This document shows, piece after piece, positions 55,623 through 64,000 of a stretch of 64,000 nucleotides of DNA. Below the pieces are notes generated by a model that was not told the DNA's origin, ran no database searches, and worked only from the letters and a program-made list of their open reading frames with translations. The stretch covers positions 80,156-144,155 of the forward strand of contig CALVSI010000001.1 of assembly GCA_944358985.1 (NCBI GenBank). The letters are read 5' to 3'. The stretch is from an uncultured Bacilli bacterium. GTDB taxonomy: Bacteria; Bacillota_I; Bacilli_A; RFN20; CAG-826. The translations under genes were made by a program, and so were the position numbers. Position 1 is the stretch's first letter. Each line of letters opens with the position of its first letter.

Positions 55623-55699
55623 TGGCACCCTCGAGGCGACTCGAACGCCTGACCCACAGCTTAGAAGGCTGTTGCTCTATCCAGCTGAGCTACGAGGGT
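55623..55699 (-). tRNA. tRNA-Arg (anticodon UCU), CCA encoded
   Basis: Acceptor ACCCTCG/CGAGGGT, D-arm GCTC-AGCTGGATA-GAGC, anticodon arm ACAGC-CTTCTAA-GCTGT, T-arm AGGCG-TTCGAGT-CGCCT. Confidence 0.97.
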
Positions 55700-55795
55700 A
55701 TCATTAATAATAAACAATATTTAAAATGAATAATCAAGATAAAATTATGATTTTTGTAAATATTTGTATTGATATTCTTTATTTATAAAGAAAAA

Positions 55796-57559
55796 TCATT
55801 TATCTTGATTATGAATTTTGCTGAATAGAGCAACAGCCACTTCGTTAGGCAGCAATTGTTTTAGTTCGTCTATTTTTGCATTACGAAGCATATCTAAATC
55901 AGGATATACTTTCAGTATATTTTCTTTTCTTTTATCCCCTAGCCCTTTAATTCCATCAAAAATTGATTTATACATGGCTTTATTTCTTTTATAAATATGG
56001 TAACTAATTGCAAAACGATGGACTTCGTCTTGCATTCTAGTTAATAAGAAAAATAATTTTTTATCATTTATTTGATATGTATTTCCTTTATAATCGATTA
56101 ATCCCTCGGTTTGGTGTTTGTTGTTTTTGTATAGACCAAAAATAGGAATCAAAAGATTTAAATTATCTAATACAGTTTTTCCAGCTTTTACTTGATTTAA
56201 ACCACCATCTAGTAAAATTAAATCAGGTTTATTTAAATTATTTTCTTTTACTCTTTTATAATGTCTTGTCATTACTTCAATCATTGATTGTAAGTCATCG
56301 CGAGCTTCTTGGTGTTCAATTTTAAATTTACGATATAGTTTTTTTTGCGGTTCTCCATTGATGAATGCGACTAAAGCTCCGACAGGTTCGTAACCTTGTG
56401 TATGCGAATTATCAATAAGTTCTATATAATATGGTGTTTTAATTTTAAGCATATTCCCTAATTCATTTAACAATTTCACTTTATCATCATTTAATCTAGC
56501 GCTCAAAAAATATTCATCCAATGCGTTATCAGCGTTAATTTTTGCTTGACAGACTAATTCAAATAATTTTCCTTTTTCGACGCTGGTGAAACTACAATCA
56601 TAAATTTGTGATATTTCTTTTATTACTTTTTCATTATTAATTATTATTTCTTTAGGAAGCGGATATAAGTTATAAAACTGATTAATAATATTTTTTAAAG
56701 TATCAACTTCGTTTAAAAATATTTCTACAACATAGCTTTTTTTGGAAAGCAATAATCCTCGCCTATACATTAAAATAGAAACTGATAAATAATTTCTTCG
56801 CACACTATATGCATAAATGTCGCGATCAATCTTATCAAATAATTCAACATTTTGTTTTTGATTGATATGTTCTATTGACTGCAAAATGTTTTTGTAATTT
56901 TGTGCTAATTCAAAATTATCTTGATTTGATGCTTCTAACATTTTATTTTTAATTTCATCATATTTTTCTTTATTATTTCCATTTAAAAAGTCTTTGATTT
57001 GATTAATTAATTTTTGATATTCTTCAGTTTTAATATTTTTATTTATACAAGGTGCTAAACATTGATTTAAATGATAATAAAGGCAAGGCGTGTTTGGAAT
57101 ATTTTTGCATTTCCTCAACGGAAACAATTTATTTAGCAAATCTACCATTTCATATGCGGCTGTGGAGTTTGGAAATGGACCAAAATATGAATATTTTCTA
57201 TCTTTATTGTTTCTTTTTATTGTTAAATATGGATCTTTATCATTTTTAATAGCAATGTATGGGTAGTGTTTATCATCGGTTAATAAAATGTTAAACCGCG
57301 GATAATGAGTTTGAATAAGATTCATTTCTAATATCAAAGCTTCTTTTTCATTATTTGTGATAATTGTTTCAAAATGGTCAACCTCGCTTACCATTTTCAT
57401 CACTTTTCCCACTTGCGGCTTTAAAAAATATTGGCTGACTCTTTTAAATAAATTTTTAGCTTTCCCAACATAAATAATTTTATTATCAATGTTATACATT
57501 AAATAAACACCAGGAAGCGGTTTTAAATTACTAATTAAATTTTTGATTTTGTCATTCAT
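55796..57559 (-). CDS. uvrC: Excinuclease ABC subunit C
   Basis: PGVY, IYVGKAKNL..RV, P.FNI.L.DDK.YPY, DNSH, LDGG..Q, QDEVHRFAI. Confidence 0.97.
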   Translation of the reverse strand: MNDKIKNLISNLKPLPGVYLMYNIDNKIIYVGKAKNLFKRVSQYFLKPQVGKVMKMVSEVDHFETIITNNEKEALILEMNLIQTHYPRFNILLTDDKHYPYIAIKNDKDPYLTIKRNNKDRKYSYFGPFPNSTAAYEMVDLLNKLFPLRKCKNIPNTPCLYYHLNQCLAPCINKNIKTEEYQKLINQIKDFLNGNNKEKYDEIKNKMLEASNQDNFELAQNYKNILQSIEHINQKQNVELFDKIDRDIYAYSVRRNYLSVSILMYRRGLLLSKKSYVVEIFLNEVDTLKNIINQFYNLYPLPKEIIINNEKVIKEISQIYDCSFTSVEKGKLFELVCQAKINADNALDEYFLSARLNDDKVKLLNELGNMLKIKTPYYIELIDNSHTQGYEPVGALVAFINGEPQKKLYRKFKIEHQEARDDLQSMIEVMTRHYKRVKENNLNKPDLILLDGGLNQVKAGKTVLDNLNLLIPIFGLYKNNKHQTEGLIDYKGNTYQINDKKLFFLLTRMQDEVHRFAISYHIYKRNKAMYKSIFDGIKGLGDKRKENILKVYPDLDMLRNAKIDELKQLLPNEVAVALFSKIHNQDK

Positions 57560-59853
57560 TTTAAATTAACCTGTGTAACACCAAAACCGCCATCAAATTG
57601 ATCGCCGCTTTTAAAAGAAGCGACAAAATTACATTTTTTTAAGTAATCTTGCACTGCTTTTCGAAGTGCACCAGAACCAAGACCATGAATAATTTTAACT
57701 TGTTTTAAATTTTTTAATCGGCAATCGTCTAAATATTTTTCAACATTTTTTAGTGCTTCATCAACATGTTGACCAATAATGTTAATGGAAAGTCCAACAT
57801 TTGATTTAATTTGATTATCGATGTTTGATTTATAAATTTTATTGCTTGTTGGTTTTTCTATTTTATGCAATTTAGAAATTTCAACTGAAAAAGACATCCC
57901 CATATCAGAGTTGATATACGCTTTGTTATTTTGTATTCTTGTTACCTTGCCATTAATATTTAAGGATGGAACACTGACATAATCATCGACATTAATATTT
58001 TCATCATATTGAGTAATTGATGTATTTTTAATTAAATTATTAACTTCGCTTTTAGCTTTAATAACATCTGGTAACTTAATATTATCTTTTTTTAAAGAAG
58101 ACATTATTTCATCGATTTCATCTTTAACAGAAGCAATTATTTCTTCTTTTTGCTTTTCGACATCTTGCAAAAGATTTTCTCTTTTTTTATCTAGCAATGC
58201 TTTTTCACCATTTAAAGCTTTTTCTTTTTTTAACAAGATGTCTTTTTCTTTTTCAAGGTCATGTCTAATCATCTCGTTTTTTAATGCTTCCTCGTGCAAT
58301 TTATTCATCAAAAGATGAATGTCGCTAGTCTTAATGTTATCAAGATGACTTTTAGCGTCATCAATTATTTCTTTTGCCAAACCATATTTGCTAGCAACTT
58401 GTAAAGCATAACTTTGTCCAGGAACGCCTTGCTTGAAAATATAAGTTGGTGTTAAATTATCTTCATCAAATAGCATCGAAGCATTAATAGTGTTATCGTT
58501 TGTAAAAGCAAATTCTTTTAAACGTGAAAAGTGACTAGAAATCATTGCAAAACAATGTTTTTTTATTAATGATTTTACGATTGAAATAGCAAGAGATTCT
58601 CCTTCGCTTGGATCTGTACCTGTTCCTAATTCATCGATTAAAATCATATCTTTTTGTTTAACTAGATTAATTATTTGAGCAATATTTGAAATATGTGCGG
58701 AAAAAGTTGACAAATTATTCATTAACGATTGTGAATCACCAATATCTAGATAGATATTATTAATAAATGTGATATTAGCAACATCCGCAAAAACTCCAAG
58801 ACCACATTTATGCATCAAACATAGTAGCGCAACTGTTTTTAAGGCGATTGTTTTTCCGCCAGCATTAGGTCCAGAAATTATAATTATTCTTTGTTGATTA
58901 TCAAAATAAAAACTATTTGCCACAACACGATTTTTTTCTATTAATGGGTGACGAGCGTTTCTAAGTGTAATATTTCCTTTTTCTTGTTTAGCAATTATCG
59001 CATCGTTTTCAATACAATACACTGCTTTTGCTTGTAAAAAATCCAAATTAGCGATTATTTCATTGTTATTTAATATTTCATCTTGGGAAATCACGCATAA
59101 ATTAGTCAATTCTTTTAAAATTTTTCTAATTTCTTCGTTTTCTTCCATTTTTAATGAAACAATTTGATTATTTAATTGTAAAACTTCGCTTGGTTCAATA
59201 AATGTAGTGTAACCGCTGTCGGAAACATCATAAATCGCTCCACTAACCTTATTTTTATATGATGTTTGAATTGGTATAACATAATGTCCATCACGAAGAG
59301 TAATATTTTCATCACTTAAATATTGCTTATATTTAACTGTTAAAGAAGATATTAATGCTTGCATTTCTTTTTCAGCTTTTAAAATATCTTTTCTGATTCT
59401 TGCTAATTGGCTAGAAGCATTATCGGATATTGTTTGTGATTTGTTAATACAACGATGAATCTCTTTTTCTAGCATCGATAAATCAAAAAAATTATCACAA
59501 ATTTTATGAAGGAGATTATATTTATCATCAACTTTTGAGAAATATTTTATAATTGCTTGACTTGTTAAAACATCTTCCCCAATCATATCTAAATCACGAA
59601 TAGATAAAATTCCACCTTTTTTGGCGTATTCAATTAACGGGATTGCATTTTCACTAAATCCAATTGGATAGTTGCCTTTACTTGAAATTAATGAAAGAGT
59701 TTCATCTAAAAGATTCAAATTATAAATTAAATCATCCTCATTTTCATAAGGACATAAATTTTGACAATAAAGTTTACCTCTTGAAGATTTTGCGTGTTCT
59801 TCAATCGAGGATTTAATTTTTCCAAATTCGAGAACATCATAAATATTTTGCAT
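57556..59853 (-). CDS. mutS2: Endonuclease MutS2
   Basis: ARHPL, SGPNAGGKT, LSTFS.H, DELGTGTDP.EG, C-terminal Smr domain IIHG.G.G.LR. Confidence 0.95.
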   Translation of the reverse strand: MQNIYDVLEFGKIKSSIEEHAKSSRGKLYCQNLCPYENEDDLIYNLNLLDETLSLISSKGNYPIGFSENAIPLIEYAKKGGILSIRDLDMIGEDVLTSQAIIKYFSKVDDKYNLLHKICDNFFDLSMLEKEIHRCINKSQTISDNASSQLARIRKDILKAEKEMQALISSLTVKYKQYLSDENITLRDGHYVIPIQTSYKNKVSGAIYDVSDSGYTTFIEPSEVLQLNNQIVSLKMEENEEIRKILKELTNLCVISQDEILNNNEIIANLDFLQAKAVYCIENDAIIAKQEKGNITLRNARHPLIEKNRVVANSFYFDNQQRIIIISGPNAGGKTIALKTVALLCLMHKCGLGVFADVANITFINNIYLDIGDSQSLMNNLSTFSAHISNIAQIINLVKQKDMILIDELGTGTDPSEGESLAISIVKSLIKKHCFAMISSHFSRLKEFAFTNDNTINASMLFDEDNLTPTYIFKQGVPGQSYALQVASKYGLAKEIIDDAKSHLDNIKTSDIHLLMNKLHEEALKNEMIRHDLEKEKDILLKKEKALNGEKALLDKKRENLLQDVEKQKEEIIASVKDEIDEIMSSLKKDNIKLPDVIKAKSEVNNLIKNTSITQYDENINVDDYVSVPSLNINGKVTRIQNNKAYINSDMGMSFSVEISKLHKIEKPTSNKIYKSNIDNQIKSNVGLSINIIGQHVDEALKNVEKYLDDCRLKNLKQVKIIHGLGSGALRKAVQDYLKKCNFVASFKSGDQFDGGFGVTQVNLK

Positions 59854-59899
59854 AAAAATATATTATATTATTTTTATCAAAGTTAAAAGTTATTAAATG

Positions 59900-59908
59900 T
59901 GATATACT
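59900..59908 (+). promoter_or_regulatory. Extended -10 promoter (TGaTATACT) 6 nt before the rnhC ATG; probable leaderless mRNA
   Basis: TGATATACT-tattgc-ATG with no SD. Confidence 0.6.
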
Positions 59909-59914
59909 TATTGC

Positions 59915-60808
59915 ATGGTTGTTTTAAAAATTAACAAAAATATTTTAGATAAAATTATTAATGATTTTAAAAAATATGAAATTCATACAAACGAAAATTA
60001 TGTAGTTAATGCATTTAAAAACGAAAATATTTATATAAAAATATATCAAAATAAAAATGGCGAACTTAAAGCTGTATTTAGTTTAAAAGATAGTTTAAAA
60101 GTTGCTAAAAAATATGATGATACCGCAAAAGAAGTACCAAAGGTAAGCAATACCACTCCTTCACATTTTTTAAATCTTGACGCACAAATTGGTAGTGATG
60201 AGGTTGGTGTTGGGGATTTATTTTTGCCACTTATTGTCGTCGCAAGTTATATCACAAAAGAAGATGTTGATTATCTTTTAAAGCTCAAAATAAAAGATAG
60301 TAAAAAATATAGCGATGAACAAATTAAACAAATCGTTAAACCACTTTTAAATAAGTTTAAATTTGTTAAATATACAATTGATAATGAAAAATATAATGAA
60401 TTGATAAAAAAAGGTGAAAACGCTAATTCGATCAAAGCTATTTATCATAACTACGCCTTATATTTATTGCATAAAAAATATCGCGTCAACAACATTTTTA
60501 TCGATCAATTTGTTAATGAAGAAAAATATTATGAATATTTAAAAGATGAAAAATATATCTTAAAAAATATAACATTTAAGACAAAAGCGGAATCTTTATA
60601 CCCAAGCGTTGCACTATCTAGTGTGGTTGCTAGATATTATTTAATATTATATCGAGAAAAATTAAATAAAAAATATCACCTTGTTTTTCCTTATGGTGCT
60701 GGAGTCGATGCCGATCGCTTTGCCCTGTTGTTTAAAGAAAAATATGGCGATGATGAATTAAAAAAAATAACAAAAAATAATTTCAAAAATATTAAAAAAT
60801 TATTTTAA
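59915..60808 (+). CDS. rnhC: Ribonuclease HIII
   Basis: IGSDEVG.GD.F.P, DSK, IDQF, KAE....VA..S..AR; divergent from mutS2. Confidence 0.92.
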   Translation: MVVLKINKNILDKIINDFKKYEIHTNENYVVNAFKNENIYIKIYQNKNGELKAVFSLKDSLKVAKKYDDTAKEVPKVSNTTPSHFLNLDAQIGSDEVGVGDLFLPLIVVASYITKEDVDYLLKLKIKDSKKYSDEQIKQIVKPLLNKFKFVKYTIDNEKYNELIKKGENANSIKAIYHNYALYLLHKKYRVNNIFIDQFVNEEKYYEYLKDEKYILKNITFKTKAESLYPSVALSSVVARYYLILYREKLNKKYHLVFPYGAGVDADRFALLFKEKYGDDELKKITKNNFKNIKKLF

Positions 60809-61714
60809 ATTAGATAAAACATCTAAAAAATATTTAGGTAAATCTATTTCAAATGTAACTATTTTATTAGACTTTGGATGGATAAAAGATAATTTATAAG
60901 CATGCAAAAGTTGACCATTATTATAAATTTCTTGTTTTTTATTTCCATATGTTTTATCACCTACGACACTATGCCCAATATAAGCAAGGTGAACACGTAT
61001 TTGATGTGTTCTCCCCGTTTTTAATTTGCAATTAAGCAAAGTATAATTAGAAAATCTTTTAATAACATTAATTTTTGTATACGCTTCTTTTCCTGATGAA
61101 TTTATCGACATTTTAAGCGGATTATTTTTATCGCGTGCGATCGGTAAATTTATAATCGCTTCATCTTCGTTTATAACACCATTAACTAAAGCGATATATT
61201 CGCGATTCATCGTATGATCTTTTAATTGCTGTGCCAAAAAATTATGGGCCTGATTATTTTTTGCAATACAAACTAATCCAGATGTATCTTTATCAATTCT
61301 ATGAACGATGCCAAGACGATATTCGCCATTAACATTTGACAAATTATCGTGATATTTATACATTAAACCATTAACCAAAGTATCATCAAAATGACCAACA
61401 CTTGGATGAATAACAAGACCTTGTGGTTTATTTATTATGATGATGTCATCATCTTCATAAACAATATTTAAATTCATTTCTTTTGATTTAAAATTTTGTT
61501 CTTCTTTTAAAATCTCATAACTAATAATATCGTTTAATTTGACTTTATAAGACGCTGAAACATTTTTATTATTAACTAAAACATGTTCATTTTTTATCAA
61601 GGTTTGAACTTGACTTCTAGATATATTTAAAAGACTAGATAAAACAACATCTAGTCTCATATTTTGATATTTTTCTTCTACATTATAATTATTCATTTTT
61701 GGTTTTATTTGCAT
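60800..61714 (-). CDS. rluD: RluA/RluD family pseudouridine synthase
   Basis: S4 domain RLD...SRS, NKP.GLV.HP, HRIDKDTSG, TGRTHQIRVH; follows lspA. Confidence 0.9.
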   Translation of the reverse strand: MQIKPKMNNYNVEEKYQNMRLDVVLSSLLNISRSQVQTLIKNEHVLVNNKNVSASYKVKLNDIISYEILKEEQNFKSKEMNLNIVYEDDDIIIINKPQGLVIHPSVGHFDDTLVNGLMYKYHDNLSNVNGEYRLGIVHRIDKDTSGLVCIAKNNQAHNFLAQQLKDHTMNREYIALVNGVINEDEAIINLPIARDKNNPLKMSINSSGKEAYTKINVIKRFSNYTLLNCKLKTGRTHQIRVHLAYIGHSVVGDKTYGNKKQEIYNNGQLLHAYKLSFIHPKSNKIVTFEIDLPKYFLDVLSNLK

Positions 61715-62402
61715 CGTCTATGACAGATGAATCAGTATTAGTTTCATCTTTGATTATAGCATCACCGCTAGAATCATTAGATAAATCATTTGTAAGTTGA
61801 ACAGCTTCATCAACTTTCTTTTTGGCTCTATTCATCTTTACATCTTCAACAATTAGCCAAATAATTAGCATAATTGTTCCAATAACTAAGCAAGAATCCG
61901 CAACATTAAAACGTGGGAAAGAATAACTTCCAAAATCAAATCCAATAAAATCAACAACATAATGATAAGTCTCACCAGTCGCGGCATTAGTGTCAACATA
62001 AAAAGAGCGATCAATTAAATTTCCAAATGTTCCGCTTAACATTAAAGATGCAGCGGCTAAACCGACACCATATAATTTTTTCTTTCTATAATAATAAATC
62101 ATGCAACCAGCAATTAAAAGAAATCCAATTATGCTTATTGCAATAAAAAATACCGTGTTAGCAACATCATTTCCAAATTCAATTCCAAATGCCATTCCAT
62201 TATTTTGAACATAATTTATCGATAAAAATCCATCAATTAGTGAAATATTAGCGCCTACATTTAACAAATTTTTAATTAGTTGTTTGCTTAAAATATCTAA
62301 TGCGAACATCAATAAAAATAACCAAATAAAACTTCGCCATAACCATTTAAAAAATTTAACAACTAGTTCTAAAAGAACCCTAAAAATCGTAGTAATATCC
62401 AT
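61689..62402 (-). CDS. lspA: Lipoprotein signal peptidase II
   Basis: D...K, N.G.AFG, GN.IDR, VVDFI, FNVAD. Confidence 0.93.
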   Translation of the reverse strand: MDITTIFRVLLELVVKFFKWLWRSFIWLFLLMFALDILSKQLIKNLLNVGANISLIDGFLSINYVQNNGMAFGIEFGNDVANTVFFIAISIIGFLLIAGCMIYYYRKKKLYGVGLAAASLMLSGTFGNLIDRSFYVDTNAATGETYHYVVDFIGFDFGSYSFPRFNVADSCLVIGTIMLIIWLIVEDVKMNRAKKKVDEAVQLTNDLSNDSSGDAIIKDETNTDSSVIDDANKTKNE

Positions 62403-62403
62403 C

Positions 62404-63999
62404 CTATTTTCCTAAAACCTTTCCGCAACGTTTACAAACAACAGTGCCATCTTCTAACTTAATAGTGTCAAAGCTATAATTCCAACATCTTTGACATTTT
62501 TCACCTTTATGATGGTTGACTAAAATACGACTGACTTGATAATTTTCACCATCAATCAAATCATTATTTTCATTAAACGATGAAACAACAAATAATTTGT
62601 CGCCATCTAGTTTAATATTATCAAAAATATTTTGATAACTGCTATCTAAAATTTTAATTTCGACACTAGCTTCTTGGCTTGAACCAATAATTTGATTGCT
62701 TCTAGCAATTTCTAAAGCTTTTAATACATCGCTTCTAATGGTTAAAAATTTTTCAAATTCTTTATCTAATGCATCATCATAGTTTTGTTGCTTTGGAAAG
62801 TCGTATAATTGAGCGCTAATCTTTCTTTCTCCTAATAAGCTATCATTAACTTCCTCCATTGTAAAAGGCAAAATAGGAGTTAGTAAACGCATTAAATTAT
62901 CAAGAATCTGATAAATTACATGCATCACGGTTTGTCTTTTAATAGAATCGCCATCACAATATAAAATGTCTTTGTTAATATCTAAATAAAATCCACTTAA
63001 ATCAGTCGATAAATATGTTACAATCGCACTTATCGCATCGCTAAAATTATATTCATCAAATGAGGAAATAGTTATATTAATAACTTTATTTAAGCGATTT
63101 AAAATAAATTTGTCGACAAGACTATATTCATAACTTGGGTTTTCAATATTATAATCGTAAATATTTCCAAGCATGAATTTGAATGTGTTACGAATTTTTC
63201 GATAAATTTCACTAATTTGTTTGATGATACTTTCTGATATTCTTACATCTTGATGATAATCAATGGTCGCAGCCCAAAGACGTAAAATATCAGCACCATA
63301 GGTATTGGCAATTTTGCTTGGATCGATACCATTTCCTTTTGATTTGGACATTTTTTCCCAATGTTCATCCATGACAAAACCATGACTTGCAACATTTAAA
63401 TATGGAGAAACTCCATTACAAGCAACGGAAATAATCAAAGATGAATTAAACCATCCACGATATTGATCGCTTCCTTCTAAATATAAATCGCAAGGATATT
63501 TTAAATTCTTATCAACGAGGTTATATGCCCAGCTTAATCCAGAATCAAACCAGACATCCATAATATCGGTTTCTTTTGAAAATTTTCCATTTGGAGAGTG
63601 GGAATTTTTATAACCTTTCGGAAGCAAATCTATCGGCTCTAATTCATACCAAATATTGCTTCCATGTTCTTTGAACAAATTGCTAATGTGATCGAAAACA
63701 TTTTTTTCAATAATTGGGGTTTTATCTTCGTTATAAATAATAGGAATTGGAACACCCCACGCTCTTTGACGAGAAATGCACCAATCATTACGATCTTTAA
63801 TCATGTTATGCATTCTTTGTTGTCCCCATTTTGGATGCCAAGAAACTTTATCAATTTCTTTTAATAGCTGATCTCTAATTGGTTCAATCGAGCAAAACCA
63901 TTGGTCTGTTGCACGAAAAATTAAGGGTTTATTGGTTCGCCAATCATGTGGATATGAGTGGGTAAATTTACTAACTTTTAATAAACAGTTATTTTCTTT
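62404..63999 (-). CDS. ileS: Isoleucine--tRNA ligase, 3' part (5' end outside the window)
   Basis: HSYPHDWRT..P...RAT.QWF, DWCISRQR.WG, EGSDQYRGWF, KMSKS, C-terminal Zn finger. Confidence 0.97.
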   Translation of the reverse strand, partial: KENNCLLKVSKFTHSYPHDWRTNKPLIFRATDQWFCSIEPIRDQLLKEIDKVSWHPKWGQQRMHNMIKDRNDWCISRQRAWGVPIPIIYNEDKTPIIEKNVFDHISNLFKEHGSNIWYELEPIDLLPKGYKNSHSPNGKFSKETDIMDVWFDSGLSWAYNLVDKNLKYPCDLYLEGSDQYRGWFNSSLIISVACNGVSPYLNVASHGFVMDEHWEKMSKSKGNGIDPSKIANTYGADILRLWAATIDYHQDVRISESIIKQISEIYRKIRNTFKFMLGNIYDYNIENPSYEYSLVDKFILNRLNKVINITISSFDEYNFSDAISAIVTYLSTDLSGFYLDINKDILYCDGDSIKRQTVMHVIYQILDNLMRLLTPILPFTMEEVNDSLLGERKISAQLYDFPKQQNYDDALDKEFEKFLTIRSDVLKALEIARSNQIIGSSQEASVEIKILDSSYQNIFDNIKLDGDKLFVVSSFNENNDLIDGENYQVSRILVNHHKGEKCQRCWNYSFDTIKLEDGTVVCKRCGKVLGK

Positions 64000-64000
64000 T

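Noticed and set aside
1-64000. Mycoplasma genetic code (TGA = Trp)
   Set aside because: Long genes are open under the standard code, Trp is TGG, and several genes (uvrC, mutS2, xerD) end in TGA.

Overview
Very AT-rich chromosomal segment from a reduced-genome Bacilli/Mollicutes-related bacterium. It uses the standard genetic code (TGA is a stop) and has Firmicutes gene order; an RF39/RFN20-like gut lineage is my inference. Most of the window is minus-strand housekeeping: ABC transporter pair, deoB, xerD, dinB, dxs, xseAB, nusB, tkt, aspS, hisS, rel, recJ, secDF, ruvAB, obgE, rplU-prp-rpmA, radC, valS with a Val T-box, engB, lon, tig, uvrC, mutS2, rnhC, rluD, lspA and partial ileS. Between about 42250 and 55620 lies a visibly less AT-rich island with no integrase, inserted at the 3' end of a tRNA-Arg(UCU) gene, with decayed att-like copies of the tRNA end. 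Its core is a tightly packed five-gene operon: a UPF1/DNA2-like SF1 helicase with long coiled coils, a wHTH-like...HEPN protein, a coiled-coil protein, a Clp-like AAA+ ATPase with a dead first NBD and no ClpP loop, and an orphan NrdG-like radical SAM protein. This is the best candidate for an undescribed defence/conflict system. The island also carries an XRE regulator, a repeated operator-like motif, and a HEPN-like gene preceded by a three-way-junction RNA. Outside the island the notable items are a SecDF lacking the canonical proton-relay residues, a HEPN-CBS fusion, a bacteriocin-leader-like peptide overlapping radC, and several apparently leaderless genes. All domain calls come from motif reading by eye; no searches were run.
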